Positions 35,931-46,900 of a DNA stretch of 64,000 bases are shown here, in pieces. Made by a program: the position numbers and the translations under genes. Origin of the DNA: Phaeosaccion multiseriatum (taxonomy: Eukaryota > Protista > Ochrophyta, other classes); the NCBI GenBank assembly GCA_965112735.1, contig OZ218953.1:124001-188000 (forward strand), in the 5' to 3' direction. The stretch's first letter is position 1. Each line of letters begins with the position of its first letter. The notes below the pieces were generated by a model. The model did no database searches and was not told the origin of the DNA. It saw nothing but the letters and a program-made list of their open reading frames with translations.

Positions 35931-37916
35931 TCCGCTCCAGACTGGCCTAGAAGCCTATGCTCTAGGCCCTAGGCCGAGCGGCCTACAGCCGCTCTAGGCC
36001 TAGGCCGGCGGCCGTTGGCCGCTCTAGGCCGGCCATTCTTTCTCCCTAGGCCGGCGGTTCTAGGCCTAGGCCTCGACCTATCTGATTAGTAATTACCGCC
36101 GGCGCAGCCGGCCTGATTACTGATTATGCTCCAGCCGGGGGCTGATTACTGATTACGGCCGTCGCACACCGTAATCTTGTCCAGGGTCGAAGGGAGGGAG
36201 GGAGGGAGGGAGGGAGGGAGGGAGGGAGGGAGGGAGGGAGGGAGGGAGGGAGGGAGGGAGGGAGGGAGGGAGGGAGGGAGGGAGGGAGGGAGGGAGGGAG
36301 GGAGGGAGGGAGGGAGGGAGGGAGGGAGGGAGGGAGGGAGGGAGGGAGGGAGGGAGGGAGGGAGGGAGGGAGGGAGGGAGGGAGGGAGGGAGGGAGGGAG
36401 GGAGGGAGGGAGGGAGGGAGGGAGGGAGGGAGGGAGGGAGGGAGGGAGGGAGGGAGGGAGGGAGGGAGGGAGGGAGGGAGGGAGGGAGGGAGGGAGGGAG
36501 GGAGGGAGGGAGGGAGGGAGGGAGGGAGGGAGGGAGGGAGGGAGGGAGGGAGGGAGGGAGGGAGGGAGGGAGGGAGGGAGGGAGGGAGGGAGGGAGGGAG
36601 GGAGGGAGGGAGGGAGGGAGGGAGGGAGGGAGGGAGGGAGGGAGGGAGGGAGGGAGGGAGGGAGGGAGGGAGGGAGGGAGGGAGGGAGGGAGGGAGGGAG
36701 GGAGGGAGGGAGGGAGGGAGGGAGGGAGGGAGGGAGGGAGGGAGGGAGGGAGGGAGGGAGGGAGGGAGGGAGGGAGGGAGGGAGGGAGGGAGGGAGGGAG
36801 GGAGGGAGGGAGGGAGGGAGGGAGGGAGGGAGGGAGGGAGGGAGGGAGGGAGGGAGGGAGGGAGGGAGGGAGGGAGGGAGGGAGGGAGGGAGGGAGGGAG
36901 GGAGGGAGGGAGGGAGGGAGGGAGGGAGGGAGGGAGGGAGGGAGGGAGGGAGGGAGGGAGGGAGGGAGGGAGGGAGGGAGGGAGGGAGGGAGGGAGGGAG
37001 GGAGGGAGGGAGGGAGGGAGGGAGGGAGGGAGGGAGGGAGGGAGGGAGGGAGGGAGGGAGGGAGGGAGGGAGGGAGGGAGGGAGGGAGGGAGGGAGGGAG
37101 GGAGGGAGGGAGGGAGGGAGGGAGGGAGGGAGGGAGGGAGGGAGGGAGGGAGGGAGGGAGGGAGGGAGGGAGGGAGGGAGGGAGGGAGGGAGGGAGGGAG
37201 GGAGGGAGGGAGGGAGGGAGGGAGGGAGGGAGGGAGGGAGGGAGGGAGGGAGGGAGGGAGGGAGGGAGGGAGGGAGGGAGGGAGGGAGGGAGGGAGGGAG
37301 GGAGGGAGGGAGGGAGGGAGGGAGGGAGGGAGGGAGGGAGGGAGGGAGGGAGGGAGGGAGGGAGGGAGGGAGGGAGGGAGGGAGGGAGGGAGGGAGGGAG
37401 GGAGGGAGGGAGGGAGGGAGGGAGGGAGGGAGGGAGGGAGGGAGGGAGGGAGGGAGGGAGGGAGGGAGGGAGGGAGGGAGGGAGGGAGGCAGGGAGGGAG
37501 GGAGGGAGGGAGGGAGGGAGGGAGGGAGGGAGGGAGGGAGGGAGGGAGGGAGGGAGGGAGGGAGGGAGGGAGGGAGGGAGGGAGGAAGGGAGGGAGGGAG
37601 GGAGTCGACCCTGGACAAGATTATCTGATTCTGATTACGGCCGGCGCAGCCGGCCTGGTTACTGATTATGACCGGCGCCAGCCGGTCTGGTTGCTTACAG
37701 CCGGTGACTAGCTGGCCTGATTACTGATTTTGCGCCGGCCGGGGGCTGATTACTGATTACGGCCGGCGCACACCGTAACCTTGTTGTCCAGAGTCGATCT
37801 AGGCCAAGGCCGGGGGGGCTGCGCCAAAAATAGGCCTAGGCCGGGGACCTGCGGCCCCCTCTAGGCCGGCCGAATTTCGTCTCTAGGCCTAGGTTTCTAG
37901 GCCAGTCTGGAGCCGA
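35931..37916. mobile_element. Composite non-autonomous TIR element, family A copy 2, containing C-(GGGA)n-C
   Basis: TIRs TCCGCTCCAGACTGGCCTAGAAGCCT / rc TCGGCTCCAGACTGGCCTAGAAACCT; flanks CCCTGT/CCCTGG; C modules at 36073-36190 and 37605-37797. Confidence 0.85.
36191..37604 (+). repeat. (GGGA)n array, ~1.4 kb, near-perfect
   Basis: Directly visible. Confidence 0.97.
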
Positions 37917-38083
37917 CCCTGGCCTGTGATCGACTGTGAGTCCAATTTTTCACGTTGTAATCCGTTGAAATCCGCGGTTTCAACACTCACAGAATTACTC
38001 ATCGAGCCCAAAAAAAAAAAAAAAGTCCCCACGCGACGCCGATGGTATCATACCACCTCTCGAATGGAGACAGAGGGGGGGCG

Positions 38084-40577
38084 GCGTCATGTATCAAAAT
38101 ATGCATCGATACCCTAGAGGAGCGGGGCCTTGGGCCTAAGCGCCATTGCCAGGAGGCGGTGCGCAGGAGTACGACAGTCTACGAGGGACAACCAGACCCA
38201 GCTCAACAATCACGGCCTAGGGAGCCTCATGCTCATGTATGGGGGGCCGCGAAAGCGAAGAAAACCGCGGAAGAGGGTAAGAGGGGCGGGCGAGGTAGGC
38301 GAGGGTGGAGGGTCGAGAACGGAGACGTAACGGTACTTTGCACCAGCGACCTCAGCATCGTTTCACACGAGTACGTCATGCGAGATGAACAGCTGTACCT
38401 CTTCGACAAGGCATACAAGTCTAAGACGTTATCAGCTTCAACGCAGCTCTTGACAGGCAGCCACGGAAGGGGATGTACGATACAGTGGAGAAGCAGGTTC
38501 AGATGATAACTCTTCTACAGGACGGCACCGCGATAGAGAGAGGGCTACGCGAGGATGAAAGACCCATGAAGAATTTTGGATATGCCAGTGGTGATGAGTT
38601 CGTGCAGGACGGGAAGGACATGCTGGAGCTTCCGTTTAACCTGGTACGAAGACGAAAATGTGGTGAAGGGGAACACGGAGAGTAGATCAAACACCGAAAG
38701 ATGAGGAGAACCTTTCTTCTCTTCCCTTTCCCCCTCTTTACTTCACTGTCCTCCTGTCGCCTCTCTGACTCCCCCCGCCCCCCTCACCAACCATTGTTGT
38801 TGTTGTCGTGAATGTAGCTAAGGGCCCAGGAGCTGCCAAAGCTTGCGTCCGAGGCGGTGAGGGTTATGGGCATGGACTTGAAGGGCGAGGTTGCTGCCCA
38901 GCTGGGCTTCCGACTTGTGGCGCCGGGAGGGGGGCTGGGAGAGTGAGATGGACCACATCCTGACCATGTTAGGATGTCTTCGCGTATATCCCATGCTTGA
39001 AAAGACGTGTGGGCGAGAGTGCAAGCAGGCGAGGATGTGTCTCGGGAAGCCGCACAGAAGCTGTGCAACTGCCTTCAGGACTGCAGTCGCTGTGGGGAGG
39101 AGCCATACGGAGAAGTGGACTGCCCTCGCCTCTATACTTCACGATGCGTGTGTGCACGACATGCAGGAGGAAGGGTCGAGCTTGCAAGAGCATGTACGTC
39201 ACATTCGCTTCGCATGACAGCTGTGGGCCTCAGCACGCTCTCACTGCGCGCTGAACGCGTGGACTCCTCGTAGCGAAGGATCGACACAAGGATTTCGAGA
39301 TATTCGCCGACGTCTCTCACGTCAAGAGCATTCGATCTTCGTTTAACATCTGGAGGATGGTACAGGACAATGACTTTGTTGGGAGGCGGAGTATCCTTGC
39401 GCGCTGGTATGATGCCGATGAGGAGGTGCGGGAAACGGCACAGCAAGCCATCGCCCTTGATGCTGTGAAGAAGAACGAGAACATGTTCTCTGTCGAGAAA
39501 GCGCTGGCGTTTGTGACGTACCCAGCAACCTTGTCGCTACTGACCGGCGGTGAGCGCCAGTCCAATTGTGCTTTCATCCTCAGGACTGGTGGCGGGAGAA
39601 CAATAAGGCTTCTTTCCAGAAGCCCATGGGGCTTGGTTACCACCAGCGGTCAGGTACGATCTTTTTTGGTTAAGTCTGCTTGTGGTACCATGGTCAAAGC
39701 CCAGCATGTTCCTGCGGATTGCGCCATCGTCCTCCGAGATGAGCGTCTGAAGAGCACAGGCGGGGTGGCTGTGGTGAACGACTGCGTCTACGTGTGCAGC
39801 AGACAAACAGCGAGCTCTACGTGGTCAACATCAAGCGGGCGTTGACGACGTCGCCAGCAACAGCTGTGACTCCGGTGGGGTGGTGTGCAGGTTTACCCAC
39901 GAGGGCGACGTGAGCGCAGAAGCCGTTTACGGGGAGGTGGCCTCATTCAGCAGCGCGGTGTCCAGCTTCGCAGGGTTTTCGGTCGGAACGAAAGGGCGCA
40001 AGGAGGAGAGAGGAAAGAGGCGCAAGCAGCCCAAGACGGCAGCCAGCAAGAATGACGGCGCTGGCAATGTGACAGGAGCACTCAGTTTCTTCTGACCAGG
40101 CGCCTGATGGGTTTCACTGTGACTGAGAAGAACGTGTGTGCCATGGACTGGGCGACACCGTGATTTCGTCCAGCAGGGAGACGGCTGACCGGGAGAGCAG
40201 AGGCCTACACTCAGACGACGAGGAAGAAGAAGTAGTGCCGTCCTCAAACGAGGACTCTGGCAGCGACAGCGACGAGGAAGAAGCCACGCTGCAGCACCAG
40301 AAGATGGGAGCCATGGTGACCACGGCATCCTCTCGCGGTCGGGCGAGAGGGGTCCTGGGAGTTACCCACACCTGATACGGGCAAGAAGCACAAAATTGCT
40401 ACTGTTTGCGTCGTCTGCCGTCTAGACGAAGTGGAAGGGCAGGTCACTGTACTTTGCGACGGCAGTTGTGGTGCAGAGTACCACACCGGGTGCCTCGACC
40501 CTCCTCTTACGGAGGTGCCAGAGGGAGCCTGGTGTTGCCCGACTTGCGCTAGCCCGTGGTGGCTGGGCGCCACGTGA
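38084..40577 (+). pseudogene. Decayed coding region ending in a PHD finger (possibly TE-derived)
   Basis: Fragmented protein-like frames with stops and frameshifts; 40407-40547 reads CVVC..LCDGSC..EYHTGCLDPPLTEVPEGAWCCPTC (C4HC3), preceded by an acidic tract. Confidence 0.6.
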
Positions 40578-40905
40578 GAGCACCTCTTCTTGTCGCGTTT
40601 GTACTAGAGTAACAAGAAAGGAAGGAGAGAGAGAGAGAAAGTTGTAATGTGAAGGGTACTTTTTTTGTGAGACCGTCCGCTGCAGCGCAGCCATACGTCG
40701 TGCAAAGGGTCAGGCAGGGCCACAGTCCCACAGGGGCTAGCTACATTAAGCAAGGCATGATGCCGATGATCGAGCAGCCGAGCGGCGTTGGAGCACAATA
40801 AGCGACGCGGCTTGTTTCCTGTTCGTGGCCGGCAGCCGGCCTGTTTCCTGTTTTTAAAGATGTACACCTAGAAACAGATGGGGTCTGGGCTAATTCGCTA
40901 GGCTC

Positions 40906-41250
40906 CAAACGCCCAAAGCGGGCATTTGGTGGGCACAAGCAGCCGATGCGAGGCATTTGCTGGCCACGAAGTGCCTACGTCGGGCATGGGTCGAGTATGA
41001 AACGACCAAGCCAGACACTTGCTAGCTGGCATGGCGCCAAGTGGGGCCTGAGCTGGGCTCAATAGGCCCATCGCTCGACCCAACACGCCCCAAGCGGGCA
41101 TTTGAAGGGCACAAGCATAGCCGAAACGAGGCATTTGCTGGCCACGAAGTGCCTACGTCGGGCATGGGTCGAGCACGAAACGCCCACGCCAGACACTTGC
41201 TAGCTGGAATGGCGCCAAACAGGGCATGGGCTGGGCTCAAAAGGCCCAAT
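40906..41250 (+). repeat. Two diverged outlying monomers of the 186-bp satellite
   Basis: Share GAGGCATTTGCTGGCCACGAAGTGCC and CCAGACACTTGCTAGCTGG with the main array. Confidence 0.9.
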
Positions 41251-41589
41251 GCCGTGGCAGAAGCCAACCAAGACTGAGCCGCCAGTCACCGCCGCTTGCG
41301 ACCGATGCTGTAGCCTCATCGCTCCGCCGTGAGCGGGACGAGATACGTGCTGTGTCGCTACCAATCTGCTGTGCTCCCGCCCTCAGTGCTATCAGCGAAA
41401 GTGAGAGAGACGCGGCACAGCTATACTCCCTCCTCCATCACCGGCAGCCCCCGCGGAGTCCTCCGAATACGATAGTCGGCGCTCTCTTCATCACCTGCTC
41501 CAATGACGGACCAACACGGAGGGATCTTTCACCCCCCAATCTAAAAGATTCGCCATCGCCGCATGTCCAAGGTCGCTCAATGGGCCAAA

Positions 41590-42720
41590 TGAAAATCTTT
41601 TCGGAATCACAGATCAAAAAGGCCCATAGAACCAACCCCGGTAGAAAACCGAAAAAGCCCCAACAGGAGCACTTATGTTTTCCGCACCAAGCTCCTAGAA
41701 AACCAACTCGTAGACGCGGCCCTTCTGCATACACCGTGCCGAGACCCCTCCACTGCTATCCCAACCGGCCGCTGCGGACTTCCGCTGTACCCGGTCGAGA
41801 AAACACCGAGTGCAAAACACCTCGCTGCTGTCGTCCCGCAAAACGAACAAGCCCAAGATCTCAAGCCCTGCTGCCCCAAAGAATCGACCGCCGGGCACTC
41901 TGGCACGAGGATATGCCATCCTTACTACCCCAAGTAAGTCGCGCAAGCATAGCAAGACCTAGTGCCTTCTCTCGCCCATTTTCTTCGTTCGCACCGCTCA
42001 AGTGCCCCACACCCCAAAAACCCCTCACCCGACCATCGGCGGCACAGGCAGGCCCCAACACTCACTCCACAGCTGTTGTGGACGACCAAGCGCCACAACA
42101 CTCACTCCACAGCTGTTGTGGATGACCAAACGCCACAACACTCACTCCACAGCTGTTGTGGACGACCAAACGCCACAACACTCACTCCACAGCTGTTGTG
42201 GATGACCAAACGCCACAACACTCACTCCACAGCTGTTGTGGATGACCAAACGCCACAACACTCACTCCACAGCTGTTGTGGACGACCAAACGCCACAACA
42301 CTCACTCCACAGCTGTTGTGGATGACCAAACGCCACAACACTCACTCCACAGCTGTTGTGGATGACCAAACGCCACCCCGCCCCCGCCCATTGCAGATAA
42401 GTAGCGACGTGGCTCGATTCCCCATTCTCCGCAACCTCCGAGCTTAGTGCCCTTTCCCCACAATACTACGTAGATGGCCACCCTAGATGCGACTGTGTCG
42501 TCCGAGATGCAAGCGCTGTGTACTCTCAATGCCGTCTCCCAACGACCCATGCCTTCCTTGCTCGCTGCGCCCCTCCTGTTGTACGTCGCTTCTCTGTTAT
42601 GGCCACAGGTAGAGCAGCCGCTTCACACACCACCTCGAGGTGCCAACCACCATCCAAGCAGAGCTCACCGGTTCCTTCCAATAGTCCGAACACCTGCCTC
42701 CGTATCCATGCGGCCGCCGC
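41590..42720 (-). repeat. Diverged partial relative of the element X central region
   Basis: Collinear matches to 55870-56740, e.g. TTTTCGGAATCACAGATC, GCGGACTTCCGCTGTACC, CTGTTATGGCCACAGGT. Confidence 0.8.
42056..42375 (+). repeat. 40-bp minisatellite x8
   Basis: CAACACTCACTCCACAGCTGTTGTGGA(C/T)GACCAAACGCCA in tandem, no spacers. Confidence 0.95.
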
Positions 42721-43919
42721 TGCCACACTCACGAACTCCTTCGCCGCGGCTGCTGAGGCTTTTGCTGCTTGGCTGAGAGCCCCTTTTCACTCACTTCTGC
42801 TGCCGCCCGTCTCCCACACGCAAAACGTCTCCAGGGGCGAGGAAGAGGAAAACAATGCCACCTCCCAGCGATCCTTTCGCCACCATGGCACGCACTCCCA
42901 CTACACCAACTGTCCGTGTGCCCGTGCCCTCCGGCTGCAGCGACAGGCCGGAACGGATCACTCGTAGCTGCTGCTGCTGCTAGCGTTAATGTTGGATGGC
43001 CTCGAAAGAAGAGAATAATCCACCAAACCCTTCCTCCCCCGGCACCATCATCCTTCCTCCTCTCACTGCGCGCTGCTGCTTCCAACACAATGCCTCCCCC
43101 CCTGAAAGCCCCCTCTGAGTCCACCCGCACTGCTACCTCTCCGTCCAATACGATACGCGGGGCGCTCATCTGCGGCATCTCCGTCCAATACGATACGCGG
43201 GGCTCTCATCACCATCAGGACCAAGGCGGACGAATCTTTCACCCCCCAATTTAAAAGATGCCGCCACCGCCGCAGCGACGCCACAACCTGGCGGGGTGGA
43301 GAAGGGAGGAGACGGAAAGTTTAGGGTGGACGGACCCCGCGAAACTAAGGGGGAGGAAAGGGCGACGAGCTAGCGTGGAAGCCCCGTCACCGGCGAGAGA
43401 AGAAAGAAAAAACCTTGGGCCAGACGCGAGCACCTGGTTGCTAGCACGTCAGGCCCAGGCTCTCAAACTTCTACGAGATGCGTGTGCGTAGCGCAAGCCC
43501 TTGCAACTGTTAGCATTGGGGGCACCTCTTGTGTATGCAACTGTTAGCATGACACAAGTAAGCACACAGCACCTTCACCCTCACCAGGGAAGCAGTCGGG
43601 CCCTACTGCGATCCTTGCTTTCCTACACCATCGGTCTCTACTCTCCTCCCTGCTTGTACACGCTCCCGCACCTGCTCTCTATCTCCTTCAATCACGGTAG
43701 GGTGGCGAGTACAGCAGGGCTCCTCCTCTTCTGAGCTCCAGCAGAAAATCCAAATCCGTTGTTTCCATCTGCTGCCATAAATATATTCTAACCTACCAGC
43801 TCCCTCGGGGTCCACACACGCGCTCACGCGCCACCCCCCTCGACTCTCAATACCCTGTTTCTCCGTCGACTCCACTCCCCGAGAACAGAACTTCCGTGGC
43901 TTCGCTGCTGAAGCAGCGG

Positions 43920-46900
43920 AACAGGGCATAGACTGGGCTCGAAAGGCCCAATCTTGCCCTTCGCTCGACCCAGCCAACAGCCACGCCCCAAGCGGGCCTT
44001 TGAAGGGCACAAGCATCCGAAACGAGGCATTTGCTGGCCACGAAGTGCCTACATCGGGCATGGGTCAAGCACGAAAGGCCCGAGCCAGACACTTGCTAGC
44101 TGGAACGGCGCCAAACAGGGCATGGACTGGGCTCAAAAGGCCCAATCTTGCCCTTCGCTCGACCCAACACGCCCCAAGCGGGCATTTGAAGGGCACAAGC
44201 AGCCGAAACAAGGCATTTGCTGGCCATAAAGTGCCCACGTCGGGCATGGGTCGAGCACGAATCGCCCGAGCCAGACACTTGCTAGATGGAACGGCGACAA
44301 ACAGGGCATGGACTGGCTGGGCTCAAAAGGCCCAATCTTGCACTTCGCTCGACCCAACACGCCCCAAGCGGGCATTTGAACGGCACAAGCATCCGAAACG
44401 AGGCATTTGCTGGCCACGAAGTGCCAACATCGGGCATGGGTCGAGCACGAAAGGCCCAACTCAGACACTTGCTAGCTGTAATGACGCCAAACAGGGCATG
44501 GACCGGGCTCGAAAGGCCCAATCTTGCTCTTCGCTCGACCCAACACGCCCCAAGCGGGCCTTTGAAGGGCACAAGCATCCGAAACGAGGCATTTGCTGGC
44601 CACGAAGTGCCTACGTGGGGCATGGGTCGAGCACGAAAGGCTCAACTCAGACACTTGCTAGCTGGAATGGCCCCAAACAGGGCATGGACTGGGCTCGAAA
44701 GGCCCAATCTTGCTCTTCGCTCGACCCAACACGCCCCAAGCGGGCATTTGAAGGGCACAAGCATCCGAAACGAGGCATTTGCTGGCCACGAAGTGCCAAC
44801 ATCGGGCATGGGTCGAGCACGAAAGGCCCAACTCAGACACTTGCTAGCTGGAATGACGCCAAACAGGGCATGGACCGGGCTCAAAAGGCCCAATCTTGCT
44901 CTTCGCTCGACCCAACACGCCCCAAGCGGGCATTTGAAGGGCACAAGCATCCGAAACGAGGCATTTGCTGGCCACGAAGTGCCCACGTCGGGCATGGGTC
45001 GAGCACGAATCGCCCGAGCCAGACACTTGCTAGCTGGAATGGCGCCAAACAGGGCATGGACTGGGCTCGAAAGGCCCAATCTTGCCCTTCGCTCGACCCA
45101 ACACGCCCCAAGCGGGCATTTGAAGGGCACAAGCATCCGAAACGAGGCATTTGCTGGCCACGAAGTGCCTACATCGGGCATGGGTCGAGCACGAATCGCC
45201 CGAGCCAGACACTTGCTAGCTGGAATGGCGCCAAACAGGGCATGGACTGGGCTCGAAAGGCCCAATCTTGCCCTTCGCTCGACCCAACACGCCCCAAGCG
45301 GGCCTTGGAAGGGCACAAGCATCCGAAACGAGGCATTTGCTGGCCACGAAGTGCCTACATCGGGCATGGGTCGAGCACGAATCGCCCGAGCCAGACACTT
45401 GCTAGCTGGAATGGCGCCAAACAGGGCATGGACTGGGCTCGAAAGGCCCAATCTCGCCCTTCGCTCGACCCATCCAACACGCCCCCCAAACGGGCATTTG
45501 AAGGGCACAAGCATCCGAAACGAGGCATTTGCTGGCCACGAAGTGCCTACATCGGGCATGGGTCGAGCACGAAAGGCCCAACTCAGACACTTGCTAGCTG
45601 GAATGACGCCAAACAGGGCATGGACTGGGCTCAAAAGGCCCAATCTTGCTCTTCGCTCGACCCAACACGCCCCAAGCGGGCCTTGGAAGGGCACAAGCAT
45701 CCGAAACGAGGCATTTGCTGGCCACGAAGTGCCCACATCGGGCATGGGTCGAGCACGAATCGCCCGAGCCAGACACTTGCCAGCTGGAATGGCGCCAAAC
45801 AGGGCATGGACTGGGCTCAAAAGGCCCAATCTTGCTCTTCGCTCGACCCAACACGCCCCAAGCGGGCATTTGAAGGGCACAAGCATCCGAAACGAGGCAT
45901 TTGCTGGCCACGAAGTGCCTACATCGGGCATGGGTCGAGCACGAATCGCCCGAGCCAGACACTTGCTAGCTGGAATGGCGCCAAACAGGGCATGGACTGG
46001 GCTCAAAAGGCCCAATCTTGCCCTTCGCTCGACCCTACACGCCCCAAGCGGGCCTTGGAAGGGCACAAGCATCCGAAACGAGGCATTTGCTGGCCACGAA
46101 GTGCCCACATCGGGCATGGGTCGAGCACGAATCGCCCGAGCCAGACACTTGCTAGCTGGAATGGCGCCAAACAGGGCATGGACTGGGCTCGAAAGGCCCA
46201 ATCTTGCCCTTCGCTCGACCCAACACGCCCCAAGCGGGCCTTGGAAGGGCACAAGCATCCGAAACGAGGCATTTGCTGGCCACGAAGTGCCTACATCGGG
46301 CATGGGTCGAGCACGAATCGCCCGAGCCAGACACTTGCTAGCTGGAATGGCGCCAAACAGGGCATGGACTGGGCTCGAAAGGCCCAATCTCGCCCTTCGC
46401 TCGACCCATCCAACACGCCCCCCAAACGGGCATTTGAAGGGCACAAGCATCCGAAACGAGGCATTTGCTGGCCACGAAGTGCCTACATCGGGCATGGGTC
46501 GAGCACGAAAGGCCCAACTCAGACACTTGCTAGCTGGAATGACGCCAAACAGGGCATGGACTGGGCTCAAAAGGCCCAATCTTGCTCTTCGCTCGACCCA
46601 ACACGCCCCAAGCGGGCCTTGGAAGGGCACAAGCATCCGAAACGAGGCATTTGCTGGCCACGAAGTGCCCACATCGGGCATGGGTCGAGCACGAATCGCC
46701 CGAGCCAGACACTTGCCAGCTGGAATGGCGCCAAACAGGGCATGGACTGGGCTCAAAAGGCCCAATCTTGCTCTTCGCTCGACCCAACACGCCCCAAGCG
46801 GGCATTTGAAGGGCACAAGCATCCGAAACGAGGCATTTGCTGGCCACGAAGTGCCTACATCGGGCATGGGTCGAGCACGAATCGCCCGAGCCAGACACTT

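Noticed and set aside
31710-37628. Long SLPP / REGG ORFs
   Set aside because: Translations of (GGGA)n, which has no stop codon in any frame
42056-42375. CRISPR-like array
   Set aside because: Units are contiguous with no unique spacers, there are no cas genes, and the context is eukaryotic
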